Assembly (NCBI GenBank): GCA_036172245.1
Contig: JAYWIR010000091.1
Location: forward strand, 62,001-126,000
DNA from: Raillietiella orientalis
Taxonomy: Eukaryota
Direction of reading: 5' to 3'
DNA: 64,000 nucleotides
Shown: piece after piece, positions 62,201 to 64,000 of the stretch
How the letters are laid out: each line of letters begins with the position of its first letter
Position numbering within the stretch: position 1 is the stretch's first letter
The notes under the pieces: generated by a model
What the model saw: the letters and a program-made list of their open reading frames with translations, nothing else
The model's database searches: none
Told to the model about the DNA's origin: nothing
Position numbers and translations under genes: made by a program

Positions 62201-64000
62201 CACTGACTCGGCAGGAGAGGAGCAATCTCCCGCCTGTCAAGAATGTGACTCCGTTGCCGCCTTTTGAAAGCGTAGCGAAACCAACGCCCTCAGAGAACGC
62301 AGCAAAAATCCCGGAGGTTTCCGCAACCTCTGTCGCGGAAGCATCCGAAAATGTCGAAGGCGAATGAAAGGTTGTGCAGAGGAGGTAAGAAAAACCTCTA
62401 GAAAAAGCTCCGCAACATCCATCCCTGAGTTCTTTTGAAGGAAAAATTAGTCGCGGGAATACGAAAACACGCGAGGCTTGTGCCTCTTCCAAGGAAGAAG
62501 CCAGCGCCTTCAACGCGTGCAAGTCCCCTTCTGTGACCGCGAAGAAGACCATTCCGGTGCAATCGGACGGATGCAAGCGTATGTCGATCGTGCGAGCATC
62601 AGACACCTCAAAGGAGTCCGATAGCGGCGCTGAACGAAGCGTTAATAGCGTGGGAGCGAGCGCCCGCAGGGCTGAAGCCCTGAGGCGTGACACACTCGCT
62701 GCGGAACGGCGAGTGCTCACCCCGGATCCCACAGTTTCTGCACCCGGTGAGGAGCACCCGATTACGTGCCGCACAGTTTAGGCCGGTGGCGACCGCGCCA
62801 TCCAGACAGTCGTGCTGTTTACTGCCCGCTCGCCGGGTGAGGCGAGCATTACGGCCTTGCTTTCCCAGCCGTGATGAGGGCAATCGCGTCTTCTCGCCGT
62901 GTTGCCGTAACGTCTTGGAACGTCAACGGGCTCCAACACGAGGAAAAGAGGCGACTAGTGGCTGACGCTCTGCACGCCTCCGACTTGACGCTCTTGCAGG
63001 AGATACACAGCATCTCTGAAGAGCAGGCTGCCGAAATCGAACGGCGCGCGGGCGGAACGCAACTTTATAGGTGCGGCGTTGCACCTACGTGCGGAGTCGC
63101 TTTTCCCGTGCGAGGAACTTTTGCAAGAGTGGTGCGAAGCGTTTGCTTCGACGCGGAAGGCACAGTGGGACAGCTTGTACTCAAGTGGTCCAACTCGATC
63201 GACCTTGTCGTAACGAACGTGTACGAGCCGAGTAATGCTCGACGATGGGCCAAAATAATTGAGTTCTTCGGTAGCCTTCAAAGCCAGTGGCTCACCCGAT
63301 CTCACCCTACTGTTGCTTATCTCATTGCGGGGGACTTTAACGTCCACCTGCTTTCCGAGAATAGGTCCCACAAAAGGGAAAAGTTGCTAGCGGTGGAGAT
63401 GTGCGCGTCCGTGCACGGGTGCCACTTCTTCGCTAGCGACCCTGTTATGGCAGCAACGCCGGACCACGTATACCTTGATGAACACTTGCTCTCTCGAGTG
63501 GGTCGGAGAGGTCCCGTGCCGTCCGTGCTTTCCGACCACAACAGGCTCGAGTTCGAGTTGCTTCCGCCAGGCAAGGAGCCTCCAAACTGTTTTTGGAGAA
63601 TGCGGCAGACTGGCTAAGCCACCCTCAGGCGGCTAAGCATCTTCTGCAGTACCTCCTCGGCTTTTCCATAGTGAGCTCGAGGACTGGGACGATCTGAAAA
63701 GATCGGTCCGCGGGTTCTGCTGCCGGTTTCCCTTGCTCCAGCTTCCGCGCGGCTTCGGAGAGGGCGTAGCCAACAGAGGAGATTTTCTGCAGGCCCGCTT
63801 TTCTTCCAGGCGCGCGGACGTTGGTCGATAATCCGACTACAAGGCCAAGGCCGAGCGCCAGGTCTGGCAGTCAGGGGCGACAGTTCTGCTCGACGACCAG
63901 GACCGGGAATGCTGGACTCCAGCCGACAAGCGACGGATAGTCAGGCGCTATTACCCTTTTCTGTATGCAGAGGCACCGATGGAAGGCAGTCTCTCCTGGC

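Larger units (their letters stand above)
55195..64000 (+). mobile_element. Tandem family C copy split by the F insertion at 56553-62200; runs off the window end
   Basis: 55195-56552 matches 49235-50593, and 62201-64000 matches 50580-52380. Confidence 0.9.

Noticed and set aside
1..64000. Many long antisense or alternate-frame ORFs (for example 5228..6394, 49874..50941, 50149..51318) as independent genes
   Set aside because: They are shadows of GC-rich, low-complexity ORF1 tails and have no recognisable domains.
1..64000. LTR retrotransposon, DIRS, group II intron or retron interpretation
   Set aside because: No LTRs, integrase, protease or tyrosine recombinase are visible. APE plus RT with a knuckle ORF1 is a non-LTR architecture.
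1..64000. rRNA, tRNA, snRNA or microsatellite targets typical of known site-specific LINEs
   Set aside because: None is recognisable. All flanks translate as retrotransposon ORF1 or ORF2.

Overview
The whole 64 kb is a eukaryotic nest of L1/Tx1-like non-LTR retrotransposons. ORF1 carries CCHC zinc knuckles; ORF2 carries an APE endonuclease (EN), reverse transcriptase (RT) and a C-terminal CxxC..HxxxxC zinc finger. I see no host gene, RNA gene or unique spacer DNA, and every ORF2 copy is disabled. About 25 segments fall into at least six families (my labels A, C, D, E, F, H, plus one fragment J). The main observation is that nesting is not random: each family recurs at one specific site inside other retrotransposons. 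A inserts at the EN GDFN motif (sense), C just after the EN QEIH motif (antisense), D at the LPxGFGEG linker (antisense), E at the RT KAFD motif (antisense), F at one ORF1 site (antisense), and H at a second ORF1 site (sense, one case). The evidence is 8-17 bp target-site duplications (TSDs), uninterrupted paralogous sites in the same window, and head-to-tail re-insertions. All families except F also share a poly(A)-less 3' terminus (AATAAA-hairpin-GGGTG(A/T)NAA), and A, C, D and E share a 5' motif (GC(G/A)GACGTG). Family assignments and deletion junctions are by eye, to roughly +/-10-20 bp. Novelty relative to Repbase/Dfam and the source organism cannot be judged from sequence alone.
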